From assembly GCA_003427395.1 (NCBI GenBank), contig BFEA01000007.1:1376642-1440301 (forward strand): a stretch of DNA of 63,660 nucleotides. The letters run 5' to 3'. The DNA comes from Chara braunii (lineage: Eukaryota > Plantae > Charophyceae). Under the pieces are notes generated by a model. It was not told where the DNA came from and ran no database searches. It saw nothing but the letters and a program-made list of their open reading frames with translations. Position numbers and translations under genes: made by a program. Positions 13,430-25,710 of this stretch are shown here, one piece after another; the stretch's first letter is position 1; each line of letters starts with the position of its first letter.

Positions 13430-13750
13430 TGTAGCGGACCTCTGGTTGGCCTGTGAGACCAACCCATTGGCCTGTTCTCACAGGCCTATGTTGTATTTGG
13501 GGTAGTCCAGTCCAGGCCGGTACCTCTGTTGGTAACAGTCAGTCCAGTCCAGTCCATTCAGTTCGCTAGGGTATACCCCAGCCAGAGTTTGTACTTTGGG
13601 TCATTCTACATTCGCACAGTTTGGAATACGTGCGTTGGAGTCCATGTGGGAGCTGCGTTGTGGCATCTTACTCCACCCTCATCCTCCATCTCCATCTCTA
13701 TCCCAGGCGGAGCACTTCATCTGGTGGGTCCGCCACACTGGTATCAGAGC
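13430..13750 (+). mobile_element. 308-bp LTR (13430-13737) followed by an initiator-Met primer-binding site (13739-13750); 5' end of a truncated LTR retrotransposon
   Basis: TGTAGCGGACC...GGTCCGCCACA inverted termini (10/11), then C + TGGTATCAGAGC, the classic tRNA-iMet PBS. No partner LTR seen in the window. Confidence 0.85.
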
Positions 13751-14010
13751 GGGAACGGTGCCCGTTCCAACCCGCCCTCCCGTAATCCCGATAGTGGTAT
13801 TTTCAGTGTTTTTCAAGGAGGAAACGACGAAAAACAACGGAAAAATCAGCAGTGTGGAGTGGCAGACATGTGGCGAAAAAGGAGACTTCTAGCATGACGC
13901 GCAAGCACAAGCGCCGAGACCTAGATCACCGCACGCGTGTGTGCGCCACGTGCCCATGCTGCCCCGATGCCCCGCCCCGCCCCGCTCCCGGATCATATAT
14001 CATCAAGATC

Positions 14011-14092
14011 CGTTGCTGCCGAGGTTTGAACTTGGGTAGTTGCCACTCATGCGTGTGCGTGGCCAATGCCTTAACACACTGGCCAAAGCCAC
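14011..14092 (-). pseudogene. tRNA(Ser/Leu)-like degenerate sequence
   Basis: Minus strand GTGGCTTTGGCCAGTGTGTTAAGGCATTGG...CCAAGTTCAAACCTCGGCAGCAACG shows A-box-like and B-box-like motifs at long-variable-arm spacing. Confidence 0.5.
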
Positions 14093-15705
14093 AATCTGAG
14101 TTGATATCGTGGCTCGCTGGCGTTGAACAAGTGTCACGACAACTATTTACCCCCGCCCCGCCCCCCCCTTCCCGTCGGCGAGCAGCGAGCAGCGTGCGGC
14201 AAGAGAACTATTTGCCCCCCCCCCCGGTGGTCGTGGATGCTGCTGCCTGCGCACGTGGCTGGTATCTGGTACCTATTTGCAGCGTCACGTGGCAGCTTGT
14301 TGTGGATCTTGAAGACCCTCCTGGCTTAGGGGCTGCACTACAGTGACATCTGGGTGGCTGATCAAGATCTCAGCCCACCCCAATTTGTTTTTATTTGCAG
14401 TGACATCAGGCCAACAGCATCTTGAAGGCCAAGATCTTGTGGATCTTGGTAGTGCTCTGCTCTTGGTCTCCCAAGCGCTCGGTATCACCATCCTACCCAC
14501 TAACCTATTCTTCCCCAACCCCTTTTCTCTCCCCCCCTATCATCTAATCATCCTTTCTAACCCTACCACTACTCCCTCCTCCGTTTTCACTCATCTTTCA
14601 AAACTTTTTTTTCCCCCTCTCATTTCCTCTCCACTCACCATCCTTCTTCTAATCTCATCTACCTGTCTTCACCTTTTCCAAATCCTTCTCTCCCATTTTA
14701 CCACCCTCCTCTTCCTCTGTCCCCCAACTACAACCCCATCATCTCCCCCAACTCCCACTTCACTCTTTTCACTTTCTCACATATTCCTCTCTTCCTTCTT
14801 CACTTTTTCATTCCCTTCCCCCCCCCAACTTCAAAATTTGCTGTTTTTCTTCTTTTTGTCTTTCTTTTGATTTGCATTTCCTCTTTCTTCAAAAATTCGA
14901 ATTCTCTTCTTCTTTCTACAAGTACTTCTTTTCTTATTTTTTTGATTTATTTTATTTTTATTTTTATTTTTATTTATTCTGAAATTTTGAATTTTTCTGC
15001 GGCACCTTTAGATCTGTTTAGGACTTCGTCATTTCAGCTCTCGACGCACATTTCGACCCCGTGGGGGTAACGAAGTGCTGCCAAATTTCTTTTTTGTCTT
15101 TTTTCCCTACTCTCTCCCCTCTTACTTAGTCATATCTTTGTCGGCATCCTTCGACCCCATGAAGGTAACGAAATGCTGCCAATTTTTTAAAAAAATTCAA
15201 CACTTAGTCTCTCTTCACTCTCCACCGCCTCATTTATTTATTTATTTACTTATTATTTCTTTATTATTTTTCTGAAATTTATAATTTACGACATTTTGAA
15301 ACTTCGTGTGCTTATCTTGGTCTCTCCTTCCTCTTGGCACATTTTGGACCCCATGGAGGGTAGGGACATGCTGCCGAAAATTATAAAAAAAAAAAAAATT
15401 CTCTCTCTTCACATTTTGTTTATTTATTTCTTTAATTATTTTTATTATTTATTCTTTTTTTTTCTCTCGAAATTTTATTGTTTATTTATTTTTCTCTCCC
15501 TTTCCCCCTCCATGGTTGCTATTCTTTTTTCTTGATCAGGCCACTGATACCCTGCCCTAACCACTCAAATTCCGGTTAGGGTTTTTTTAGTGTTGTTTAG
15601 GGTTTTCCTAACCCCCATACTCTCTCATCACTCCTTCTCCCTACTTTCCCTCCCCATTCGAGCACTTTGGACCCGAATCACCCCTCCCCCTTTGACGGCG
15701 CCCGC

Positions 15706-18490
15706 GCTCGACTCGGAGCACAGTGAAATTCAGGGTGGGCAAAAACAGGCTCGGAGGTACTGGTGGTTTAAGGTTTTTCCTTTTCTTATTCTTATTTTTT
15801 TTCAAATTTTATTTATTTTTTTATTCTTATGTTATTTTTTTAATAATATTTTTTTTTTCATTTCAAGCGTGAACGTTACTTCAGGGAATCAATTTACCTT
15901 CATGTCCATTTTGGTCATCGACGAGTTTCGACACTAGGCTTTTTTTGGGGGGGGGTAAGGGGTACGTAGGTTAAGTTTTTTTTTTTGTCGTCGAAAGCAA
16001 GCGGCTCGTCCATTTACTTGTCGACGAGTCGACTTTGACCTTTTTTTTTGCTAGGCGGGTTGTCGATTTGATCGTCGACGAGTCCTCGACTCTGACTTTT
16101 TTTGGGGGGGGGTTGAAATCGAAAAAAAAATCGAGACGAGTCGTCGAGAAAAAAATAAATTTAAATAAATTTAAAATTTATTTTCGTTCGTTTTGTTCCA
16201 CGAAACGAACATTCAAGCGCGAACGTCACCTCAGAGAACCGATTCACATTCACGTTCAATTTTGGTCGTCGACAAGTCTTGACCCTAGGTTTCTTTGGGG
16301 GGAAGGATAAAGGGTAGGTGGGTTCAACTTTTTTTTTGTGTGTCAAAAGCAAGCGGCTAGCCGATTTGCTTGTCGACGAATCGACTTTGTTTTTTTTTTT
16401 GGCTAGGCGGGCAGTCGATTTGATCGTCGACGAGTCGTCGACTCCGACCTTTTTTTTGGGGGGGCGGGCGAAATCGAGATTGAGAAACAGGGTCTTGTTT
16501 TCTCAACGAAAGCCTGTTCTTAGACAAGCGGGTCGTTCGATTTGGTCCTCTATCAGTCAATAGTCAAGTGTTTTTTTTTTTTTTTTTTTTTTTTTTTCCT
16601 TTGTTTTTTTCCTTTCTTTCTCGGTTGTTCTTTTTCCCTTCTTTTTTTCTGTCAATTAGCGAACAACTTTTTCTATCAATGAACGAACGATTGAATGAAG
16701 GTCCGGTTGAGGTTGTGAAGTATGACGTGACTGGTCTTAGGCAAGGACTGAAATTCAATTTATTTTTATTTTTATTTTTTATTTTTTTCGTTCTTTCAAG
16801 TCGATGCTTGTGCCCCTACTGAATCTTACTTCTGTGCTTTCAGCTCTACGAGAGGCATAGAAGTGGGATACGATTCATACCAAATTTGTGTATAAAAAGT
16901 TAGTGTGGGTGGAGAAAAAAAAAGTATACGAAATACGGATTATGCAGTCGAAGGCTGTTTTCGTTACTGTAGTTAGTGAGAACGAAAGAAGGAAGGAGAG
17001 TGAGAAGGAGAGCAGGAAAGAGAAAAGCAAAAAAAAAAAAAAAAAAAGTTGTATTCGTCTTTCTCGGCTCCGTGCCTTGACGACGCTGGCGAAGGAAAAG
17101 TAGACGAAGCAGGTGGTGACGAGAATGAGGCAGGTGAGCGTAATTCAGTGGATAGATCTATGAGTAGAGCAGTCTTTCACGTACTATTGGTGTTGTTGGT
17201 GATGGAGAGAGTATTTCTGAGTGATTCGGGTCAAGGTCGGAGTGCAAGAGTCGTTCACGTAGGCGGGGGGACAGGGAGAAGAATTGGCGGGAGTGCAGGG
17301 GTGGTTCACGAAGAGTGGAACGCAGCAAGAACAACTCCCGCTAGCCATTAGTGGCGGTTCTTGTTTCACTCAGCAGGAACTTTTGAACTCCGAGCGCCAT
17401 AGCCAGCAGTTCGTCGACGTGAAAAAACTGTGAGTTACTTTTTTTTTTTTTAACTTTTTTCTTTTTCTTCATTTGTTTTTCTTTCTCTGCTACTTTATCT
17501 CTTTTTTTCTCTTTTTCTCTTTTTTTTTTCTTTCTCTCTCTCTCTCTCATTTTCTCTCTCTCTTTCTCTGTCTTTGTCACTATCTCTATGTCCTTCTCTC
17601 TTTCTCTCTCTTTGTCTCTCGCTCTTTCTCTCTCTCTTTCCCTCTCTCTTTCCCTCTTTCTCTCTCTCTCTCTCTCTCTCCACACACACACAATCTCTTG
17701 ATGATTCGGTAAACGGAACAGTCTGGCACTGTCATGCTTGACTTTTGTTTTCTTCTTTTTTTGTGGAGTCGTGTATAACTAACATGACAGCAGACACACG
17801 CACGCACACACACATGCACACACACACAGACAAAAAATAAAAAAAGAGAAAAAGAAAAAACTAGGGCGTGGTGAGGGTTCGAGTTTGAAAATACGTTTCG
17901 AACTGCCGTTTTGAAGTCCAGTCCCGTCTAAAGTTTACACTGCAGGCTAAACTTCTCCGTCGCGTGGCTATCGCAGAGCAGAGTTTGTAACTGCAGTCTA
18001 GTGATCTATGTCCGAAGGGCAGGTTGTTTTTGCAAAAAAAAAAAAAAAAAAAAAAAACCAAGAAGAAAAAAGAAACGATCGTGGCGCTGTATCTTTCCAT
18101 GTTCTAGTGGAAGATTCACTCTCAGTTTCCACGATTGATCTCAAAATGTGCAAAACGAGAGTGAATCTTTGCTATAACATTGAAAGATACAAGGCCATGA
18201 TTTTTATCTTTTGTGCAACGGAGATACAGAGGCCCAACGAGATACACAGGCTGATAACAACGTAGAAACCCTAGGGGAACCACGTGCTGACAACGACGCA
18301 GTTTCTTTTCTTTTTTTTTCCCTTTTTGCTTTTCCTTCTCAGAGTTCCGGACCTATGCGTGTCATCCTTAGGGCCTCGTAGTCGTGCATGTTCCCATGTT
18401 CTCGCATAATATTCACTCTCATTTTGCACATTTCGAAAGTAGGGGAGCCCCCCTGGCTCGACTACTCTCGAAATGTGCAAAAAGAGAGTG
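15706..18490 (+). repeat. ~2.8-kb composite repeat, copy 1 (inverted relative to 42635-45447)
   Basis: Colinear reverse-complement identity throughout, for example GAGGTACTGGTGGTTTAAG, the GTCGAC-rich ~360-bp subrepeats, the shared translation MSRAVFHVLLVLLV.ER, and the palindromic TTCACTCTC...GAGAGTGAA modules. Confidence 0.9.
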
Positions 18491-18567
18491 AATCTTTCCC
18501 TAGAACATGAAAAGATAGAACGCCCTGATTTTTATCTTTTGTGCATGTTAAGAATAGTGGAGCAAGA

Positions 18568-18598
<31 letters not shown>

Positions 18599-19726
18599 CA
18601 ATCTCATCCCCGTTGCATGGCTGGCCACGACCACAATGCTTCGAAGTGACCGGGTCGGATCGTCCTGGTTGGTGCTGGATGTTTCAACAGCCAATAAAGT
18701 GACACATCATCTCGATAGAAAATATACTGCACTAGAGCACCGATCAAAACGTCCATGTAAACTAATACTATGGCTCCAGAGGGGTGATTGTGCTTCCAAA
18801 CTTCCAGTCAAACTGTTCTAATGCATCCACAGTACATGCCACATCAACTACAAAGACAATAGCACTGTACTCAGCAACTTCACTCACAGTGGCTGCCGCA
18901 CACTTGTATTATGGCAACACGAGTATCTCCACAATCAGTACGCCGAATCATGATTTGACTTCATGGACTATCTTGCCAAACGGTTTGACACCAGTTCGAG
19001 TCCGGATAGAGCAAATCGAATTAAACCCTCATTGCTCCCAAACCTGTTTTGATGAACCCATTGGCTCACTCGACCCTGAAGCACCAAACCAAAAAGCTTT
19101 GGGCATACAAGGAGCGCTCACACTAGCAGGAGTATCACGTATTCTGGAATATCGTGCAATGAAGAAAGAGAGGTAGAAAGTATGCTTGCAGGAGCCTCCC
19201 ATTGCATTGCATGCATGCCCTTAAGTGCTTAGAGATGACTCACCCAGACACGTGCTCTCTCACCTTTGTGCATCAGCAAATAGCTCTCCACAGAATCCGA
19301 CATGTGACAACTACCCTTCACAGTCAAATTCAACCAGAGTCAAACGAGACGTCGAGTCCAAACTATACTTGCCAATGACCTCTCGTTGTGCATTGAGTCT
19401 CTTACATCGACAAACCACCTACAATCGAAGTAGCCAGGCTCCTTGAACATCTCAGAAATGGTCGAATTTTCCAGTGCTGTTGAAACAATTACCAGGCAAT
19501 CTGCAATGACAACTGCATGCATGTCATCCTTAATGTTTCTTATGTACTCTTCACACAAGAACAACGAACCCATACTACTGTAACATCGATAGGACCATAA
19601 TGGAACGCAGAGTCACGACTCCATAAAAATGAAACAAAGCAGAGGAGGCGGACGACATGGATATTAAGCAGAAAGCGAAATCAAGCAATCTGAGACTCTT
19701 GAAATCTGCACGCCCATGGCTCGGTA

Positions 19727-20041
19727 CCAGCATAATCAAAGTTACCACCGGTCCAACGAAGAGGTACGGCGCATCGCAGTGCTCCTACTGCCATCAACAA
19801 ACCCACAGTTACTGCCGTTACTGCAGTTACTGCAGTTACCGCAGTTACCATGCCACCTCATAGCTTCCACCCCCTGCTCTGCTCCATCCCTTCCAGCGTA
19901 ATCAAAGTTACCACCAACAGAGAGGTACAACGTATCGCAGTGTCCTTACTGCCATCAGCAAACCCACAGTTACCACAGTGAATCAGTGACCACACCACCT
20001 CATAGCTTCCACCCCCTGCTCTGCTCCATCATCCCTCCAGC
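19727..20041. repeat. ~160-bp tandem duplication containing 9-bp CAGTTACYG subrepeats
   Basis: CCAGC(A/G)TAATCAAAGTTACCACC...CTCATAGCTTCCACCCCCTGCTCTGCTCCATC occurs twice. Confidence 0.85.
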
Positions 20042-20812
20042 TCAACTTACCCGCCCTACGTGTACAACCAGCCCATTTTGTCATGGTGCCAAGTCGTTCG
20101 GACGCGACAAGCCCGTTGGACGCCTGGGCGTAGTACAACCTGGAGGTCGTGCCGCCTTGCAGCCGAGATCTGACCAAAAAAGGTAACGACGAGAAGCAGT
20201 CCTATTTATAGACCGTGAAATGCGGGGAAGGATCCGTGCCGATAAAGTGCAGAGACACGCGTGAGGAATGGGTGGGCCCAGGGAGATGAGCAATTTCCAC
20301 AGAAGAAGGAATTACATGGGAAGAGGAGGAGATGGCAGACAAATTCAAAAAGTTAGCGAAATCGGATGAATGACCACGCTGCACGGGCTGTCACCCTCCA
20401 CGCACCTTGTTCCGACCAGCTTCTGCCCAACCAATGGCCCGCTAAAACAGCGAGAGGCGGGGGACAAAGAGGCGGAAGAGAGAAGAATGCGTCGAAATTA
20501 GAGGAGGAGGGTGAGCAGGAAGCTGGTTCGCTCACATGCATGCATGCACATAAACTCACGTCACGCACATAAGCAAGACCGAAACAACCGAGGATGCTAA
20601 AAATAGACAATGTGGCTCAAGACTCTACATGCCATCTGGCAGTGGCGGGGGAGTCATGTGTCAGTAACCCAAGGACAAACTCTCAGACAACAATTGTACT
20701 CCTGCATTGGAAGACCCAATTAAGTCCAAGTAAATTGGGTTTTGTACCATGGGTTACCGTACCCCTTACGGCGAGGCACGAGATGTGGATCATCACAGGG
20801 AATGGAGGGCGG

Positions 20813-23800
20813 TGTCGGTGCGAATACCCTGACAAGGGTATCCGCCCTAGTTTTTGCAAATGACGGGAAGTAAGTTTAAAAGTCTAAGTAGGCCGCGCGA
20901 GTCGCGACTAAGTCTGTTGGGCTACATTGATAGGATGGTTGACTAGAGTAGAGCATGAGTGGGCACGCAATCTTAAGGCACGCGTGTGATTCATCCGTTT
21001 GATTAGGCAGCCGGCCTAGTTGGCTGGCTTGAATCTTTTTGTTATTAGGAATAAAAGGTTCGTACTTATTCAAGACAGTTGACCGTTGGTAGTCCGACGT
21101 ACGGAGAGGGATGCGAGGCGACCACGGCACAAAGAGGGCAAGCCCGTGCGGATGCCTAGCGACAACGTGCCTAGTTAGAAGAAGGAATGAGGGCCTAGGC
21201 CTGGGGGCGGAGCAACACCCATTTATATAGGATACCGCGCACATTAGTCCCAGGTGTGGGCTTAGCCTTATAGGTTACAGTACTGGACTGGCACGGCGGA
21301 GGTGCGGGGATCGAGACAGGCGGCGGCTTAGGAGCATTGGCGCGACGAAGGGCTGGGGGTTGAGGGTCCCGCAGGACTATCCCTCTTAGTTTTGCTGGGG
21401 GAGTCCGAGCGCGGGCCCACTTGCTTCATCTTTTTTTGTTGATTTTACTTTTTATTTTTTGCTAGTTATTTTATTTTGGTTTTATCTTGGCAAGTGCCGG
21501 CTCCGAGACCGACCGTGGCCGGAGAGTCGGTTCTGAGGATATACCACTGAGCTATTGGGGGATAGGCCTGCATTTAAATCCCGATGAACGGAGTGGATGA
21601 GTAAAGCCAAGAGTCCTGGGTCATCACGGCGCGATGGGCCGGCAGGTGGCTCGTCCTTCCGGACATCCGTTAAAATTAGAACGGTATAGAGAAGGTTAGC
21701 TTGGCCCCTGCGCAAGGCTGATGCGCGCATAAAGCAGGGGAAGGTTTTTCCCAAGGTTTTTTGTGACTACTTGCTATTTTCGCGGACTCCTCACGTTCAG
21801 GCTTTGCAGCCCAGTACGGTATCGGGTCGCAGTGCGCTCCCGAGGTGAAGCGCAGCGCCCGATTGACGACAACGAGGACAGGCGAAGTTGGAGATGGCGA
21901 CGGACTAGGCAGGGCGCAGTGGAGCGAGGATAGCGCGTATGGTCGTTGATGAGACTGGGCGAGGGAGGAGACTAAGTAGAGGTTTTTGGACACCGCGAGT
22001 TCAGTGGTGCGGTCAGATTCCGCGATAGGGGTGTGGGTTGAGTGTTCTGGGATTCGTGGGCTGCGCGAGCCACGGAAGAGCGGAGTGTGAAGTCCCCGGG
22101 CGCTTCCGTGTGAGACCGGGCGGAGGAAGATGCAGACTAAAGGTTGTAAGGACAGACGAAACCTATGGTGAAGACGGATTAGCGTGAGAGTTAGTAGGGG
22201 GGCAAAGGATAGGAAGAAGGAGCAAAAAGAAAGGGGTGGGGAAGAGCTAGCACGTACGTGGCCATCTATTGGCAGGAGGTCCATTCGATTGCGACGTGGT
22301 CCCTCAACGATAGTAGTAGATGGATTATTCAGAATGTGCATGCATACTTCCGCATGCTAGAAGAAGATTCATGTGGGGTTGCTTACCTGAGAGAGCAACG
22401 TAGGGGGAGACAGCGGGAGGCGGCATGGAGGTGGCAATAGAAAGAAGTGGGGACAGTGAAGTTCAGCGAAGCAGAATGCTTAATAAGCGGTTTGAGGCGC
22501 GACGAGCGTAATGGCGATGTCAGTGTCACCTATGAATAAGTGGTTTGGCTAGAGCAAACACAAGGAGTTGCGCCTGGGAGAGTGTTTCGGGGTTGCGAAG
22601 AATATGCAATGCATCTTCTCTCGTTTGAAGGGAAGATTCATTCTCTTTTTGGCATGGATCAGCCATAGGCACAACCATGTACCAATTGAAGGCGAACGAA
22701 AGGGAGGATACTCACCTGGTTGGAAGGACTAATAAGACCGACCACATGGGAAGGGGAGACAGCCATGGTAAGGAGTCGGAGATACGGTGTAAAGGAGACG
22801 AACGAATTTGTTTCTTTTCGACGAAAAGATTCATTTAGCTCAATATCCCCTGTCGACTGAGCGAAGTAGCGGGGGATGTGTCTCGGGGTTGGAGACTTAC
22901 CTATGCGTTGCTTGGTGTGTTGGTGGATGTAGCGCTTCCTTGCTGTTCTTCGTGTATGGCTGAGAGCTGTGTACATCCCCACCTTTCAACGGAAGGCTTA
23001 TCTTGGTTTTGCCAACGTTGATAAAAGCGGCCAATCAGTCTCGATCCCGCAGTCAGTTCCTGTCGAAATCTAACCGATTCAGCTACCCGTGCTTGTCATA
23101 GTATTTTCTACTATTGGAGTTGACCGCAGTGGCTACTAGCTCTATCAAGCTTACGGCCTAAAGTTGGGCTTACTGGTGTGGCTCAATCTTCATGTCCGCC
23201 ACTAGGGTCACGATATGGCTCGCCAAGAAGACTGCCTACAACCAAAGTATGTAGAATTGGTAGGGTACCGAGAGAGAGGGAGAATATATATATATGTATA
23301 CTTGCCTCAGGGAAGAACGTTGCACTCAACGCATGATCGTGTATTGACCAGAGTATGGGGTGCCAATACATCTGCCTATAACCCAGCGGTAGACTCATTG
23401 TCATTGCACATTCTTGATCAGTGGGGCACGACTCGTCAGGACATGTCTCGATTAGACGCTACGGTCGCTTCCTGCTTCAATAGCGGTGTCCCAATGTACA
23501 TAGTTTGACGCTCTTTTTTTTTTTTGACTAAGGGAAAGAGGTGGAGGGCATACCTGCTAGCCTAAGTATCGCCCATCCGTGGTGCGAGATTAGAGACTAG
23601 CCGGTTGGCCGACTTACTGTTCATCTGGCCAGCGGAAGCTGCAGTAGGACCAGCTACGAAGCAGGCAGTCTGCGGGGCTGGCGGTCTGCAACTTTTCGCA
23701 CAGTGGCTACCGCTAACAACTACCGTGTACTGTGGATGTGTCGGGGGGGCAGTGCACGAGCTGCTGCCGCCGCGGACTGGGCTCAAACTGTCACTATTGG

Positions 23801-25690
23801 CCACCGCTGTGCACAGGTTACTGATTGCGGGTTGCTGTTGGTTGTGTACGGGCTGCTCCGCATCACTGTGCACAGCTACTGCTGCTGATTGAGTGTGTGC
23901 AAACTACTGCTGCGGGCTGTTGTTGACTATGCACAGACCGCGGTTGGGTATTGTGCGCAGACGGCTGCTGTCGGGCCTGCTGAGCTGCACGCGGACTGTT
24001 GCATACCGCTGTGTACTGCTGCGAGTAACTAAAGGCTGCCACCGAGCACTGCTGTGGGTTGCTGAGTACTAGGCACAAATGTCTGCTGCCTGCGGTTGAT
24101 TACTGCGAACTGTTGCTCAATGCTCCATACTGATGCACATGGCTGCTGGCTGCTGCATGTTGCAAATGACTGCTGCAGGTTGCTGTTGATCAGCGTTGGG
24201 AACTGTTGCTGCTGAAGACTATTGTTGTTACTGTTGATCAGCGCAGAGAACTACTGATGTTGGTAACTACCGCGGTTATTGAGGACTGTCGTTAAGTATT
24301 GCTGCTGCATCCAAGGATTGTTACAGGTTGTTGGGCGACTGCGATTGGGCTTAGAGGAGTGACTGAGATTGGGAAAGAGGGGGGTTAGTATGATGATTTG
24401 GGAGGTCGGCAGAAGGGCGACTTCGACAGTTTGGCGTGGGAATTGACCAAGTTGCTGCGTACTTGGCTGCCATTGCGGGACCCTCAGGCGCATCAAGGAA
24501 CGAAGGCCCTCTCCCTTGCGAGTCTGAGTGCACCCTCCTTGGATCTGAGAGTCTCAAAACTTTCTCTATCTGCCCTTCTCACTCTAAGTTTGATCTATTT
24601 GGTTATGAGATGAAGGCGGCAGGCGGGATTGCAACCTGTAGGACCGCAACAAGACTCTGCGGAGAGTCATCCCACCGATTGCAGGAGCTTTATCGGAACC
24701 TAGGTGAGGTTCTGGAGGCAGGGAACCATCAGATAATCCATCTCTGTCTGTACATCCGACTACACCCATGTTTGTCTATTCCCCCCTGTAGCTTGATTGA
24801 CGTATGCATGCCTGTCCCTATGATTCTTGCTTTCTTTTCTGGAAATAACCAGTTTAAGTAAAGAAATGCATGTGTAATGTCAGTTTCACCTTCTTTGCCT
24901 GATTGAAAGCAGATTGTGGGGTTGCATCTGGGGAAAGGGTGGGGGAAAGGTTGTATTGCCTGAAGTTTGACCGGGCCAACCAAAGGCTGGGCCAGTTCCA
25001 TAAGTTTGGGAAGACCCTGTGCTATGTTTTATTTTGAATTGCCTGGAGAGCCAGACATGTTCTATAAGTTTGGGTGGTTTTGGTCCAACGCCTCGCACAT
25101 GCTAGAACCAGAAGGTTATAATTTTGTTATACTTCATTATTATATTATCTATGAACAGGTTAGTCAGACAGGGTTCCATAAGTTTGGGTGGTCTTACTAT
25201 AACTTATCACCAACTGCAGAGAGTATTAATTATGAATAAACTTGTGGTACGAAGGGGCAGGCTGAGTCTTGAGCTGAAAATGATCGGCTCAGCTATATAC
25301 TACCTCAAAAGACTAAGTGCAGACAATTATATAAATCCTGGATACTTAAACAGGCTTGAGTCTTGAGCTGAATAAACGCCCTCGGCTTGTCCACCTCTGC
25401 AATTGACTGCAATTGCAGCTGATCAGCTTTCGTACTGTGGACTGGTAGCTTGGAGGGGATACGCCCACCGAAGGGAGGTGGCAGCGCCCGTAAGGTGGAG
25501 GTAAGTCGTGCCTTGCGTAGGCCCTGTCCTGTTGTAGGGGCTCGCGAGAGGTATGGCTGGCACACTCGGCCGGAGCGACTTGCGGAAACTCCATGTATAT
25601 TCGCGACGAGGATTGAGACCAACTCCTGCGTGACGCGGTCGGGAGGGTCATGCGCTACCCTTGAGTAGTGTCGGGCCGATGCGCTCAACA
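20813..25690 (+). repeat. 5' LTR (4878 bp; lacks a 2.44-kb segment present in the 3' LTR)
   Basis: Colinear with 31908-36454 plus 38892-39198. Confidence 0.93.
21653..21762 (+). ncRNA. U6 snRNA-derived sequence in the 5' LTR
   Basis: GTCCTTCCGGACATCCGTTAAAATTAGAACGGTATAGAGAAGGTTAGCTTGGCCCCTGCGCAAGGCTGATGCGCGCATAAA...TTTTT. About 54/61 identity by hand over the core to plant U6 as I recall it. Starts at the U6 +1 G and ends in T-runs. Confidence 0.92.
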
Positions 25691-25692
25691 GG

Positions 25693-25710
25693 TGGCGTCG
25701 TTGCCGGGGA
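25693..25710 (+). promoter_or_regulatory. Primer-binding site complementary to the tRNA-Asp(GTC) 3' end
   Basis: TGGCGTCGTTGCCGGGGA, 2 nt after the LTR end; matches the Athila-type PBS TGGCGCCGTTGCCGGGGA at 17/18. Confidence 0.88.

Noticed and set aside
15860-16560. Regularly recurring GTCGACGAGTC words suggestive of a CRISPR-like array
   Set aside because: The spacers are themselves repeated in a ~360-bp tandem unit, the context is eukaryotic, and there are no cas genes.
22708-22745. ATACTCACCTGG resembling the U1 snRNA 5' end
   Set aside because: No downstream U1 stems or Sm site; more simply an antisense splice-donor-like word.
22258-22870. Possible fossil ORF inside the LTR
   Set aside because: About 5 stops in ~200 codons is not clearly below chance, and no domain is recognisable.
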